Below are positions 38,946 through 52,720 of a stretch of 64,000 bases of DNA, piece after piece. Position 1 is the stretch's first letter. The number at the start of each line of letters is the position of its first letter. The position numbers were made by a program, and so were the translations under genes. The notes beneath the pieces are model-generated. The model had not been told where the DNA came from, did not search any database, and was given only the letters and a program-made list of their open reading frames with translations. The stretch comes from Isurus oxyrinchus (lineage: Eukaryota), in assembly GCA_026770705.1 (NCBI GenBank), contig JANJGN010000047.1, positions 4,588,001 to 4,652,000 on the forward strand, written 5' to 3'.

Positions 38946-39263
38946 CAGAACAAATCACACTGGCGTCGTCCTTGTGATCACAGTCAGGTTGAGCAGATGT
39001 TAAGGAAGGACAATCAGAGAGAAAGGATTCACTTCCGGTACACCTCACTTCATCAAACCACATGTCACCTTCACCCTGTCCAAACGTGGCCCCTGCTGTG
39101 GCCAATAGAGCAGAGCCACAATGCAGCTGTCTGCAGACAACATTGGCATCGGCCATATCCCAAGAGTCATCACACACTGTGCTCCAGTTGTTTTTGCACA
39201 TTATCTCCACTCGCCCGGAGCAGTTGGTGTTACCTCCAATCAGGCGCAAACCTACATCTGAAT
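38946..39263 (-). CDS. SRCR domain 7 exon
   Basis: LRLIGGNTNCSGRVEI...WSTVCDDSWDMADANVVCRQLHCG...CDHKDDASVICS; 318 bp AG/GT. Confidence 0.95.
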
Positions 39264-39491
39264 CTGTCAAAGATAATCAATCACTATTATTTCTGCACAA
39301 AAATACAGGTAGACAACTCAGATAATTGATCTATTAAAGTGGAGCAATCACCTGATTCTCGACCACAATCCTTTTCACTTTTGGGCTGGCCCTTCGTTAT
39401 CTTTCTTCCTGTTGAGGAAAGAAACGTGCTGACTCATTTGGACATCAATGAATGAAATAACACTCGCACATTGGAAGGTTTGTTTTGTTAC

Positions 39492-39809
39492 CTGAACATG
39501 AAACGCCTGCATCCTCTTTGTGATTACAGTTGTGTTGTCCCCACGGGTCAGTCCGACACTGCCAGATGGTCGACTCGTGTGAAATACATTCTATTCCATC
39601 GAGCCAAATAGGTCCGGATCCTTCTCCGAATGACTGAGTGGTATAGTCTATAGAAACCAGGGGGCCACACTGTAACTGTTTACAGATCACCTCAGCATCA
39701 TGGGGATCCAGTGCTTCCGAACACACTGTTCCCCAGATCCCATTGTAGAACACTTCCGCCCGCCCCTCACAGCGATGCTTTCCATTCACCAGCCGCAGCT
39801 CTTTGTGTT
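39492..39809 (-). CDS. SRCR domain 6 exon
   Basis: LRLVNGKHRCEGRAEV...CNHKEDAGVSCS; 318 bp AG/GT. Confidence 0.95.
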
Positions 39810-40019
39810 CTATCAACGAAAGAAGAAATCTCCAGATGTTTCCAGTGATAAATGGAATCATGTCAACAGTGCCCCCTCCACCCAAGTTGTGCCAGAGGTG
39901 TTCACTGAATAGAGATAATTATTCCAGAAATGTAACAGTGATACATGTACAATCCAATTATATAATCAATGATAATCAACACAAATTTCAAAAGAGCGAA
40001 CTATAGATCTTCCAATTCA

Positions 40020-40730
40020 TTGAATTACTTGAGGAAGTTTCAGAAAGATTATGTGGAGATAATAATGTCCATGTAATCCACATGGATTTTGAAAACAATA
40101 ACTTTCAAAAAGTTTTCAAACAGCTGCATTAAGGCTGAGAACAGGGAAATGAAATTGCCGGCACAGTATTAATAGACGAGCAAACAAGCAACAACGCAGG
40201 ATTTCATATATAATAGCAGAAGTTGGGGCGTGCTGTACACATGGATTATTGATGGGGCTCACATCTGTTTCAGATTAACATATTACATTTGGTATTTGGA
40301 ATTGAAGTAAATGTTCAAAATGCACTACGGTTTGCAGTTAATACCAAGACAGGTTCCATTAACTGCAGGAAGACGGTCGGAGACAGCAGGATAGGCTTGT
40401 CAATGCTGAAATTATTTCAATGCTGATTAGAATAAAGTCGTGATTCTTTCGGACAAAGAAACACAAGAGACAAACAAATTGGGATTTAGGAGCTTTTCTG
40501 TTTCGCTTTCTATTACCCTGATAGAAGGAGAATGTGGAACATGGAACATTTACATTTAGTGGGGGCGAATTGTGGTGATGCCTTGAATGTGACGTTTGAT
40601 AAAGGCACGAGGGGAAAATACAGAGTGCAATACAGCTCAGACCACATGAAATGATGTATGATTATGAGCAGAATAAGCAGCAGTCAGACGCATTGAGCAG
40701 AATGACCAGTTGATGTACAGTTTCTGGGCC
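40020..40730 (+). mobile_element. Very degenerate CR1 fragment (intronic)
   Basis: LIELLEEV...VHVIHMDF, FAVNTK (FADDTK position), CR1-like 3' end. Confidence 0.55.
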
Positions 40731-40799
40731 ATTCAGTAAAATTCTATCTGTCTGAATCTTATCGTATGAAGGAAATAAGTGCATCTACGTCACCCTTAC

Positions 40800-41114
40800 C
40801 TGAGCACATGATCTTCACATCTTCTTTATGAGAACAGTCGTGGGCACCCCAATATTCAGAAGGACATTGCCAGAGATACGATTCCTCCCCTGAACACTCC
40901 AAGCCTTCCAACCAAACTGGACCTGAGCCTGCTCCGCAAGAGTCAGGAAGTGTCACGTCCAAAGCCTTTCCGCAATGCAGCTGTTTGCAAACGACGTCAG
41001 CGTCTGTCAGATCCCAGGAATCATCACAAACTGAGCCCCAGGTCCCGCTGTAGTAAATCTCCACTCGGCCTGCACATGGGCATCCACCGTCTGACAGCCT
41101 TAACTGTTTGTGTT
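40800..41114 (-). CDS. SRCR domain 5 exon
   Basis: LRLSDGGCPCAGRVEIYY...CSHKEDVKIMCS; 315 bp AG/GT. Confidence 0.95.
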
Positions 41115-42090
41115 CTGATCCAAAGAAGGCAATTTTTATTACGAGGATTCGATTACGCATTTATGTCATAACACAAATTGAAACTATTGGATATTATCCA
41201 GCAAAAGTAATAAAACAAATCACTTGACTATGACAGGTAACTGTTTCTATAGTTGAGACCATGTATCTCTAATTACTTGGAAATTTATAATGTGGAGTGC
41301 ACAAAGATTTCAAATATTCCTACACCTGATTCCATCGATATTTTGGCTTGCAGTTCGCGTATTGTGTGCTCAGTGCTGTGTGCCCTGTTTCAACCTCAAC
41401 TGAACTTTTTTGTATTCATCGTTCCACCTAAACTACTTATGAACATCAATTGTACACAGCTTTTTCTCTCCCCTGCACGTATCTCGAAAACTTATTTCAG
41501 TCGATTTCTGATTATATCGCTTTTTTATTTTGATTATATTGAAAAAAAATGCTGCAATTCCTCAGGGGATCTGGCAGCTTCAGTGGAAAAAAGAAACCAA
41601 GTGACTTTTAAGAATGACATTTCATAGAAGCTCAGCCTTCTGCTGCTGAAAGACCTGTAAGTGCATCGTTTTTTCATGGATTGAATAATGCAGAAATCCC
41701 ATGAGCGGCCTGTCGCTCTGACGAGTATGTGAACGGCAATTCTGTGAAAACGTTGTTAAATTAACACACAATTTCGCACCAAGCTGTAAGGCCCCTCCCA
41801 ACACCACACCGCCCCGCCCCTCACAGCTCCCCCCGCCCCGCACTAACAGAAGTGCTGTCAGAATTTCCTGTTTGAGAGAAAATTTTGAATTCCGTCGTTA
41901 ATAAATGCGCAGCAAAAATGCATGTCCTGCTTGTTGATCAGTTCTGTGCGTGCCCACTCTCCCCACGTTAGCCCTCCAATGCTAAGCAGTTAGGTGAAAA
42001 GAACTCGAGGAACAAGTGACGTATATTCACACCTCCCTCCTTATTAGATATTTCTATTTATGTTCCGGTAAAATTGAACTATTTATTCAC

Positions 42091-42405
42091 CTGAACACAG
42101 AACCCCGACGCCGACACTTTCATTGAGAGACGAATTCATTGAAAATGAGCTGCAGTTGCGGAGATGCAGTTCGTTTCCTCCACACTGGACATCATTCACC
42201 CACGCAGGCCCTTCACTCTCTCCATAGATTGCAGAGGTATAAGCGGCAATTGCGACACCACATCCTAGTTGCTTGCAGACCACAGTAGCATCATTGAGGT
42301 CCCAAAGGCTGTCCTGTACTCTGCCCCAGCGACCGTTGTGGTAAATTTCCACCCGACCATCACAGCGGCTTCCCCCATTCGTCAATCTCAGTGACCAACT
42401 TTCAT
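42091..42405 (-). CDS. SRCR domain 4 exon (lacks the C2-C7 pair)
   Basis: LRLTNGGSRCDGRVEIYHNGRWGRVQDSLWD...VGVLCS; 315 bp AG/GT. Confidence 0.93.
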
Positions 42406-42999
42406 CTACAAGATGAGAGCAAGGGGTAACATTCAAACAAATCATGCACATTTGACTCAATATAACCGGGGCAATGATTATTCACGTAAATGTTCTGACC
42501 CTAGTGCCAAGGTGAGGCAGATCAGTGGGAGCACGCTGATGCGGGAGGGTGAGCAGTCAGCATTCGTGCTCCGTTAGTGGAACAATTTCAGAGGTAGGAA
42601 GAGGGGTGTAGTCCTGCAGATGATTTTTAAGGATGTTGCAAACAATCTAGTAAATTGCCATCAACGGAGTAATATCCTCATAATATTGAAATATCCCAGC
42701 ACAACGTACGAGCGATAGAACTGATGAAAACGTCGCAAGATAAACGGTGCACGAGAGTCCTAATGAAGCTCATGTGACTTTGTGACCTGTTCTCATGCAC
42801 TCATAGACTCAGTTCTGTGAAGAAAGGACCAATGGATGTTTTCATGTGTTTCACATGAAAAAAATCCGGGGGCAATGTCCGTCTGGTTTATTGGTTGGAC
42901 AGTACAGAATGAATTTGTCAGGGATTTGGGAATGGGCAGATATGGTTAGAGAGAAAAACCAAACTGCACAGAAAAGTAGAAAAGAAAGATTGCAATAAC

Positions 43000-44390
43000 G
43001 GAGGAAATAATGTGGTGTTATTCATGATAAGCACAACCGGGGTTGTATAATGGCCTCAATTATATTTACTTTTCAGTTGTGTGAACGTGCATTGCAATAA
43101 ATGATGTTCGTGACGTGCAGGCTCTGAAAATGACTGAGGAGCAATAATGGAAAATTGGCTTAGACAAGTGCAGGACTATGCAAAAGCTCAAAGGCTCCCT
43201 GGGTGATTAAAGAGATGGGGATTAAGGTGAAGCAGAAATAAATATATATGGATAGGATATTGAATTTGGATAATGCAAGCGAGATCCAAGATGAATGTAC
43301 AATATCCAGACCATATAAGAGACTCCCACTAACATAAAACGGGATCTTACAGTCTTATATAGGCACAAAACCGACACCAGGAAGGAAATCGGCATATAAA
43401 GGCTGATGTTATGGCTCAGCTGCTGAGTCAGCATTTTGAGTATGTTTTTTTTGCTAAGGAAGAAAATGCTCCTCAATGCTGGACAAAGAATAGGCAGATG
43501 AAATAAAATGGAGTGTTTAGATATTTATAAAGAGGACGAATTGGCTTGGGCAACTGATGTTGAATTTGACGGGACACATCGATTGGATGACGTGTATTCG
43601 GGGAGAATGACCAATGTCAGAGCCGAAATCGCCAGATAATGGTCATAATGTTCCCATCCTTCTTCAATGCCGGTAAATGAAGTTTCCAAATATTACACCC
43701 TTGTTCAAGAAATGGTGTTAGGATAAATGCAGTAAATTCGGACCAGTAAGTTTAATATTGGCTTTGGGAAAGCTTTGTTTCCTTGGAAAATATACATTGG
43801 GGCAGAAGTTCGGGCCAGTTGAAAAATGTAGTTTCATTAACAATCTTGGGCGGATTTGGTAAGAGACAATCGCATTGCACGGACTTGCTAGAGTAATTTA
43901 ATGAGGTTAGTGAGACTGTTAATGAGGCTAATGGAGTGGATGTGTCTTTGATGGACTTTGAAATGACCTTTGGCAAAGGGTCACGATAGCTGCTTGGCAG
44001 AAATGTTTGGCGCCTGTGGAATAAAAGGAAAAATGACTGACTGGAGATGGAATTGCTCTTTGAAAGGGAACAGGACGTCGTGTTCAACGTTTCTTCTTTT
44101 CCAGACCAGAGGAACAGGACATTCCACCTGGCTAGAAACCCTGATTTTCCGTTAATACATGATATCTACCGAGACTTGGTTGTAAGGGGAACAATTTCAT
44201 TTTTTTTCTTCAAAGTATACAGAATTTTTTTAAGTGTTGTAAAATGTTGAAAGATTAAAATTAAATCAGACACCGACAAGCTGTTAGAACGGGCCGGAAA
44301 GTTATAGACGAAATTCGGTTGAGGGAAGCATTGGTTGGCCCATTTTTGTTGGAAGTAAAAAAAATACCTATTTAAAGTAGATAAGTATTT
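43000..44390 (+). mobile_element. Degenerate CR1 ORF2 fragment (intronic)
   Basis: ITPLFKKWC*DKCSKFGPVSL, VDVSLMDFEMTFGK (DFxKAFD position). Confidence 0.6.
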
Positions 44391-44419
44391 TTTTCAAAAC
44401 TACCGGATCCCTCAACGTA

Positions 44420-44810
44420 AGTTACAGTCATTTATTTGCATTGTGTAATGTCAGCACTGTTGCAATTTAAGGAACGCCGCAGCCATAATGGGCGCAGTAA
44501 AATCGCACAAAAATCGAGTGATAATGACCAGATGAGCTATATTGTTTGATGTTGATCAAGGGACAACTTTGGATAGACTCCCTAGTTTCCCTCAAAGTAG
44601 ACCCATGGTAAATATTTTTATTAACCTCCACTGATGCAGATATGGCATCGATTAAACCTCTTACCAGGAACAAGCAAAATTATAGAGAACAGCATTCCCA
44701 CAGCACTGCACCTCATTCACAGACTTGACTGCTCTGGCAAATAACTTGAGTCATTCTTGAAACAGGCCTTGTGCTTTAGAAGTGAGTGTTTTTAAGAGAG
44801 GTAAGGCTGC
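44420..44810 (-). mobile_element. Degenerate SINE (Deu-domain/SacSINE1-like)
   Basis: Similar by eye to 34.5-34.8 kb. Confidence 0.4.
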
Positions 44811-44879
44811 CAAACGAAGGACTAGGAGAAGGAACAATAAAGAACTGGATCATTTCTGAATGAGTTTCAGAAGCTGACG

Positions 44880-46465
44880 ATCCTCGGGTGCATTTGTAAG
44901 AAACATTGTACTTGACAGTGCAGGTTGCGAAAAGTCTGCTAAAGTTTGGAGTTCTTTGGTGTATAACTAAGGCACAGAGTACACTGAAGGGAAGATGTTA
45001 TGATTCATTTCGGCCTCATCTGGAATAATGCTTCCATTTCTGGGCTACAAACGTTAGGGAGGGTATGAAGGCATTAGAAATGATGCAGAAATGCTTCATA
45101 AGATCATTCCGGTGATGACAAACGTATTTTTTCTACATTGTTTGAGTGAGCTACGAATATTCTACTTGGAGAGGGAATGCTAAAACAACCTTCGGGTTCT
45201 GGACATTACGGCACAGAAAAATTGTTGCCATTGGCGGAAAGATCAAGAATGATCAGTACAGATTCATGGTGATGGACAAATTGGAAATGGTGACATAAGG
45301 ATGCTAGTTTTGCATGTTGCGATTAATTACGTTCTGCAATGCACTGCCTGAGAATGTGGTGGACGAGGATATGCAATGCACTGACTGAAATTGTAGTGAA
45401 TGATGAAATGCAAAGCACTGTCTGAGAAAATGCTAGCTTAAGATCTGCAATGCAATGTCTTAGATTGTGATGGATGAGGATCTGTAATGCATTGAAAGAG
45501 AATGTGGGTGATGAGGACCTGGGATGCAATGTACCAGAATATGCTGGATGGCAATCCGCAATACACTGTCTGAGAATGTGATGGATGACTGTCTACAATG
45601 CACTGGCTGAGAATGGGGGTAGGTGAGGATCTGCTTCAAGCTATCTGACATGCACATTCTGAGATCGTGGGGGGGTGAGGATCTGAAACACACGGTCTGA
45701 GATTGTGGGGGATGTGGATCTGCAATGCAATGCTTGGGAATGTGGTGGATTTGGATCTGCAATCCACTGCCTGAGAATGTGGGGGAATAAAGATTTGCAA
45801 TGCACTGTCTGAGAATGTGGGTGATGAGGGTCTGGAATGCACATGTATGAGAATGTGCTGAATGACAATCTGCAATGCTCTTTCAGATAATTTGGTGAAT
45901 GAGGACATGGAATGCACCTTCCGAGAAGGTGGTAGATAAGGATCTGAAATATGCTGTCTGAAAATGTGGCGTATGTGGATCTTCACTGCATTTTCTGAAA
46001 ATGTGAGTGACGAGGATCTGGAATGCATTGTCTGAGAATGTGCTGGATGACGATCTACAATCCACTGTCTAAGATTGTTGTATTTGATGATCTGCATTGT
46101 ACTGTTGGAGAATGTGGATGATGAGGGTCTGCAATGCACTGCCTGAGAAAGCCAAGGATGATGATATGAAATGCACTCTCTGAAAATGATGGTGATGAGG
46201 ATCTGCAATTCATTGTTGGAGAATATGGTGCTTGAAGATATGAAAAGCATCGTCTAAGAATGTGGCGGCGAGGATCTGAAATGCACTGCCTGAAGATGTG
46301 GTGGATGAATATAAATCGTAGATTTTAAAATATATATGGTTAGATAAATGAGTGAAAAACAATGCACAGTTATTGTAAATTGCAGGGTTGTGTGAGTGGG
46401 TGAGATACTTTCGCAGAGAGCCTCCATGGACAGAACATGCTGAAAGGCCCCTTTCAGTGTTGCAG
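44880..46465 (+). mobile_element. CR1 3' end containing an internal minisatellite expansion
   Basis: RPHLE*CFHFWA at ~45,010. The CR1 3' UTR resumes at ~46,320 after the repeat. Confidence 0.7.
45330..46308 (+). repeat. 37-bp minisatellite, ~26 diverged copies (GATCTGCAATGCACTGYCTGAGAATGTGGTGGATGAG)
   Basis: Contiguous units counted at 37 bp, e.g. starting 45,442, 45,479, 45,516. Confidence 0.92.
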
Positions 46466-46509
46466 GGAGATTATTTTAATCCATGATTAAATTGACTGAG
46501 AGGTCTCAC

Positions 46510-46824
46510 CTGAACAGATGACACTGGCGTCATTTCCATGTGAGCAGTTAAAATTTTCCCCGGTTGTAACCCGACACTCTGTCACTCGCGATTCATTCCC
46601 GCGGCACCTGTAATTTTCCTTCCACACAGGGCCTGCTCCCTGCCCAAAGGGAGAAACCCTCGGGATTTCCTTTACAGCCCCGCACTGAAGGTGCTCACAC
46701 ACCACACTGGCGTCTTCTAAACCAAAGTGAATATCACACAGGGTCCCCCACTGCTCTCCGTGCAGCACTTCCACCCGGCCGGAGCACCTGTTCTCACCAC
46801 CAACCAATCGGGGTGTATGCTTCC
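46510..46824 (-). CDS. SRCR domain 3 exon
   Basis: HTPRLVGGENRCSGRVEVLHGEQWGTLCDIHFGLEDASVVC...CSHGNDASVICS; 315 bp AG/GT. Confidence 0.95.
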
Positions 46825-46999
46825 CTGTTTTTAATAAAAATAAGGACGAAAATATTTTGTAAATGAACATTTGAATATAGACATGGCGAAACAAAGAAAA
46901 ATGAAGAGATGAAAATTTATAAATTCGTGTTGTACTGCACTGTTTACACATCTTACTGTTTGAAACTCACTAGACTGCGATAAACCCTTAAATGAACGC

Positions 47000-47460
47000 G
47001 TCTGTTTGCTCAAAGTAGAGAGTTCATCCAGGAAAAAGCTAATGGAATTTTGGACTTTGTCTCAACAGCTTTGAAATAGCAAAGAGAGGACGTGATGTTT
47101 CAGTCATACCCAGTATTGGCCAGAACCAACCTGTATAACAGCTGTCAGATTTGGACAGGGCACTCCGGAATAAACTATTCGTCTTGGAGGGGATGCAACG
47201 TATATATAGAAGGATGCTTAATTTACTTAAACATTGTATTGTGATTCCAAATCGAACGAAAATGTCTTGAAGTTATTTACTCTGGAAGGATTAGGACTGA
47301 TTGAACGATGTTAAAAATCTTAAATGGATTTCAAAGATGTGGCAAAGAGTCACTGGTCCACTAATCCAGAACAAGGTCACTCAAGGGATGAAGTTGTTAT
47401 GGCCGGGGACAGGAATATATTTGAGATGGCCTGCATTTATTCCTGTTTTCTATATTCCCC
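47000..47460 (+). mobile_element. Degenerate CR1 3' fragment
   Basis: KKANGILDFV...LARTNLYNSCQIW (LVRPHLEYCVQFW position). Confidence 0.55.
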
Positions 47461-47993
47461 TGTGGAAGTGATTGAAATTTATTCTCTTGGACTGTTGACG
47501 TAGGCACATAGCACATACAGTTGCAATGCTGCTACGGAGATAATCCCACTATTTTGAGCAAGAAACAAGAAAGGAAATTTTCTCCTAATTATTTACTTTA
47601 TTTCGGTCAATTCATTGAAACGCCTCTCTAAAATAATGCAACCACAGTTAAATATTGATTCGCCTACTTTTATAATTAATGAAGTCATTTCATGTTTGGC
47701 AGACAGAAAACGACTTGACAGTTCAATCGATAATGGGTGTTTTGGCAAATGTCAATGAAAAACCTATGTATGGTGCAAGCATTAATTTCGCAATAATAAT
47801 GCGTTATTTTCAGATTACGCAGAAGTTACTGACTTAAACATAATTGCGTTATTCCAGAATCATAAAAAGCGACAGTGAACTATAAAGAAGTGCTTGGGAA
47901 TGATCATAATATAAGGAAACAGCAATGGCGTTTTCTCCGTTTCTGAAAAGTTCACCAGAAAACGTTTATGTGTTTCGGAATCCTTCTACTCAC

Positions 47994-48308
47994 CGGAACA
48001 GCTCACACCGACATCGTTCATGTGGGTGCACTCGTTTTGCTTTACTGGAGAGATAGGGCAGTCTGTCAGGCTTGTCTCATTGCCTTTACAATCAAATTTA
48101 TCGCTCCATAGAATTCCAGTGCCCTTTCCAAAATAAGCCCCTTTTTCCACAGACACGGGGACTCCACACTGAAGCTGATGACAGGCCACGCTGGCGTCAT
48201 TCCAATCCCAGTGAAGATCACACACTGTTCCCCAGGTTGTACCGAACTGTATTTCCAGTCTGCCCGAGCAGTTGGAATCCACGGATACGAGTCTGGGAAA
48301 CCTGTGAT
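47994..48308 (-). CDS. SRCR domain 2 exon
   Basis: HRFPRLVSVDSNCSGRLEIQFGTTWGTVCDLHWD...CTHMNDVGVSCS; 315 bp AG/GT. Confidence 0.95.
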
Positions 48309-50212
48309 CTGAGTAACAACAATTCATGATTGTCCCAATCATTTTCAATTTTGTGCATGTCTGTTTAAGCAAAACCTGTGATGATGACTTCTGATAAGGG
48401 TTTCATCCCAGCACAATAGCGATTAAGCTAAACCCCACAATCCTCCAGAAGTTATTGCTTGTAAAGAGGTCACATGCATCCTTTAACACACTTAGATTTA
48501 CTGCTACCTCAGTACAGTGTTACAAGCATGCACTATATCTGCAGAGAGAACTTGGCTAAACATCTATTGAGAGAGAAGTGCTCTTTGACGTCAAACAACC
48601 TCTGCACTACCCGCAGCGAAAGTTCTTCATTGCATATTATTCTTATACCGGTTCCCGCCCGGAATCCATAGACTGAAATGCAACCATACCATCCTTCACC
48701 CCAACACACGTGCACACATTCGAGGTTCGGTCGATAGATCTCATTGATGAAGATCACCAATAATTCGACTTTTCACAGCTGGTATTTCATTGGCACTAAT
48801 GCCCAAATAGAAACTACATCAAGTTGCATCCAGGCAACATTCCCCCCACCCACAGACACCTCCCCCCCCTCAACCCCCGCCAACCCAGCCATCATTGCAG
48901 GAAAACATCTGATCAACAAAAAAATTCCCTTTCTCTTACATTCCGTATTTTCTATCGAGTTGAATTTAATAGCTTTAAATACATATTTATTCTCAAAGTC
49001 CCAATTTATCTACTTATACTACCTCTGGCCCCTCATTTTTCAATCCCCCCTCTTGAAATTATAAGACCCACTTTTCACAACATCTACTTATATGGAAGTC
49101 ACAGCAGCTTTCTCTTCATAACACTTTCAGGGCGTAACTCTTCCCTGGAACCGGGCGACTGCAACTAGTCATATCCTGTGACCGGCCAGAAAATTACTCA
49201 GATAAATCCAGGAACCCTGACTTGTTCTCGAATCTACCATTTGATCTGCTGGCGTTTGTTCTTTCGTCGATGGAACATATTGACGAACACAGACACCAAA
49301 TAACCTCAAACATAAAATGATTGATCCCACAATACTTTCCCAGTGAAACGTTCCGAACACTGGAAGCACAAAGCAATGTTAAGTGCCATTTTGAATATGT
49401 CAGTAAAATGTAACGGTCACATACAAGGGGCACAAACAGGCTCGTGTTATTTTAGCATTTTTAAAGTACTGACAGCTGAATCCAAACGAAACAATCACCG
49501 GATAACCATGTACAGTTTTGTGAACCAAGCCTTAGTTTTAATACGCTGATCATTTAAGGAGTGCATTTCGGGCACCCCAGAATGTTTCCCGTCTTCCAAG
49601 TGCAAACTTGAAAGGACAGCTTATGTCGATTGGTTCATGTTCCCGTACATCGCCTTTTGATTCCCGAAGCTTTAAATTTAATAGATCATTGAAGTATTTC
49701 ATACTTATACATATAATCAATCACATACAAATGGAGCCTCTTAAGGCCATAATCAATGTGCAATTGAATGGGGAGACAGTGATACTCCAACAATATTCTC
49801 TCTCTTCCTCACTCAGACCTCACTTCTAGTGTAATCAGGTCAGTGAGAGGCCATGAGAAAGCAAACTCATTGCAACCGAATAGTCTTCACGGGCCTTGGC
49901 AATTAATGTCCGGTAACCTTCCATCTGTAGCCTGAATTGCATCGTATAATATAGGGGTGAATGGATTAAAACAAAAATGACCCTCAATAATTATGGGTCA
50001 TTGGATCCAGGACACCAATTACACTGTCAGATGCATTAAAATATTTGGATGGCAGAGTATCAGATCGCTGCCTTCTATAATGGTTACCAACGTTGTTCAT
50101 GGATCGTTTGTCCATTAACGAATGTTGTCTCTGAATATCGCTTCCACAGTTGTAGTGCCAAAATCTTACTGGTGTGAAACGTGAACATTGTCTGTCCACA
50201 GGTACCCCTTAC

Positions 50213-50248
50213 CCAAATCAGTGGTTTTAACATCTTCTGTTTTTTTTT
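50213..50248 (-). CDS. Inter-domain micro-exon: EKKTEDVKTTDL
   Basis: TTTTTTTCAG| ... |GTAAGG, 36 bp, phase 1-1, open. Confidence 0.6.
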
Positions 50249-50399
50249 CTGAAAAAAATAGTTACATCGTTTCCTTTACATTTAACAGTAGATTTTCTGT
50301 ACTGTCGTGCAGCAGAAAAAAAAAACAGCTAATTCCGTGTGAGAGACGATGTGGAGCTGGCGGACAGCTAGCAGAATTAATCCCAAACTGCATAGCAAA

Positions 50400-51460
50400 C
50401 AGCCATCAGTAATTAAGGATGGATGTTAGATATTCAGACCAGCACAAAGGTAGTTCGTTGTGTTCCAACAGGACTGATGCCAGGAACAATATTGTTTGCC
50501 CTTTACAGAAACAGATTATCCACAGGGAATAGTTCAAAATTAGTCTGTGGAGTCAAATTCAAAGCGCAGTTTAAACTCAGAAAAACTGTGAGGGGGTACG
50601 TACAGAGACAGAATAAACAGTAAATGCAATATATTCCAAAAATGTGCACTTAATTTGCAAATGAATGTTATAATAGTTAAGGGCAATGCATTATTTTTGT
50701 GAGAATTAATTCAGAGCTCAGGTATTCATTGGAAAATGAAAGTGCACATTAGGTAGATGTGCCATCGGATCTCAGTGTCTCTGCCTTCATTTTTGGAGGG
50801 AAGGAGTTAAAAAGCTTGATAGTTTCATTATATTCCGGTCAGCCCACTCTCGCACTGCCGGCATTTTCCTGTCCCGCGGAAGTCAATGGACATTTGAATA
50901 GCTCATCTCTATTCACACCCATGGCACCACCGCAACGGGGCCATCAAATTCCTAGAGACATGAGAAAAGTTGAAAGTTATTTATATGGATTTTGACCGTT
51001 CTACGAGAAAGGTTGGGGGAAATGAAATGAATTGCCAGGGTACATTTGTTTTCGCTAGGGAAGGTACCCCGAGCACTGAAATGATAAAGATCTTTTTGAC
51101 GATTGAACAAATTGACAGGATAGATGATGGTTAACTGTGGGCTATGGTCAAAAAAATACTAAAATTCCCAAATGCATTCGGAAGAAATGTTTTTTTTTAC
51201 TAGACAGTTGTTAGAATGTGGAACTCGTGGCCACTGAAGATGAGGTGATTGCAATGGATTTACTTATGATTGATGAACAGATGATGGTGAATGGAACCTC
51301 ACGTTATATTGATGAAGATAGATGATAAGTTGTTGTATTGCCTGGAGGGTAAAGTGGTTGGGGAGCGGGGGATGCTCGATTACGTCATTAACCCCGAGAT
51401 TGACCGGTTGGCCTATGGAGTCAGTAGCTTTGCCGTCGAGAATGTGTGATTCTGTGTAAT
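50400..51460 (+). mobile_element. Degenerate CR1 fragment
   Basis: VPTGLMPGTILFALY (GVPQGSVLGP position); CR1-like 3' UTR ending TGTGATTCTGTG. Confidence 0.5.
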
Positions 51461-52687
51461 GTTTACAACAGAACTACAGTTGTGACCTTCACTAACACGA
51501 CCTGTATTAACTGTCCATCCGAGTTTGCTTGAGAAGATATTCTGTGTTTCATAAAAGCAGCTGCCTTGTGTGTGGTGAACTGGCTACCATATTGCTCTTA
51601 GATTGGGAGTTCATGGAGCTTGAACCAGCGAGATGAACGCCGTTTCTTTCAGAAATGGAGAAGACAATATTTTTAGAGGTGCTGCTGTTCTCCCTGCGCA
51701 TAATTAAGATTGCCGTCTTATTACCGCACTGAGGGAGAGAATCGTGGTTGATGGTGGTGATTAAACACCCAGTCAAAGACAGTACTTCATCTGGGGATGG
51801 CAAGTCTCCTGTCTAGTGCCTCAGCCGCGCCTTTACAGGTCACGTGCAGTTTCCACGATTAGCGATGATTCGGGAAATGAGAAACAATGGTGAGACAGTT
51901 GAAGACTGATACTCACAGAACATTCAGCCTCTGGCCTGCTGAGGAAGCCACGGCATTGGCATTGGCTATTGCAAATGGAAGTTCAGTCAACGGTGTTCCC
52001 CAAGTTTAAGATGATGAGGGACTGTTTGACTGCAAAGCAACTGAATGTCAATTGGAATCTCTCTTCCATTGCTGTCATTAGCCGTTTGCAGACACGTCTT
52101 ACTTGGCTTTTATCATTTGGGGCATGGATGTTGTGCACGATTTGCTCTGTGTGGCTATGGGCTGCTTCCTAATTTGATGAATTGCGAATGGAGCCGAGCA
52201 CTGGGCAGTCATGATCAAACAACTCCTCTTCCGAACATGTAACATAAAGGAGATGACTGAAGCAGTTGAAAAAATTACAACATTGATCAGTAACTTAGAA
52301 AGTGCAGTTTCCGTTTAATCTCCATTGAGTTTAGTTTTAAAAGGCTGATTCAGTTTTATAATTGCTGCCCTTTCCACCGAAATCCCACAAAGGGTTAAGT
52401 TGCTAATAGATCTGTTCCGATGATGGCTAGATTAGGTCCATGTGCCAGGATTTCTTGGGTGCGCTGATGGGGAACTCTCCGCTTTTCATCCAGTAATGTA
52501 ACGCTGTTAAGATTATTCACTGCAATTGTGCCTTGCATTAGACTTAACATATTGGTTTGAAATGCTGCACTTCTTCCGATCTCAATATAAATTAAATATT
52601 GAACTGAATGGTCTGTGCAGTTAACATGGGGATTATGTTTGCAGATTATACCCTTGCTGCCCCATAATTTAGACTCTCCCCACGCAC

Positions 52688-52720
52688 CGAAACCTTCCTT
52701 CCCAGTTCCCGTTTCACAAC
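52688..52720 (-). CDS. Inter-domain micro-exon: GCETGTGKEGF
   Basis: TATTTTACAG| ... |GTGCGT, 33 bp, phase 1-1. Confidence 0.5.

Noticed and set aside
45330-46308. 37-bp repeats as a CRISPR array, or ORF 45636-46250 as a zinc-finger-like protein
   Set aside because: Units are contiguous with no spacers, the context is eukaryotic and CR1-derived, and 37 is not a multiple of 3.
49237-49268. 30-bp micro-exon DERTNASRSN
   Set aside because: The acceptor position reads CG rather than AG; could be a dead exon but is unsupported.
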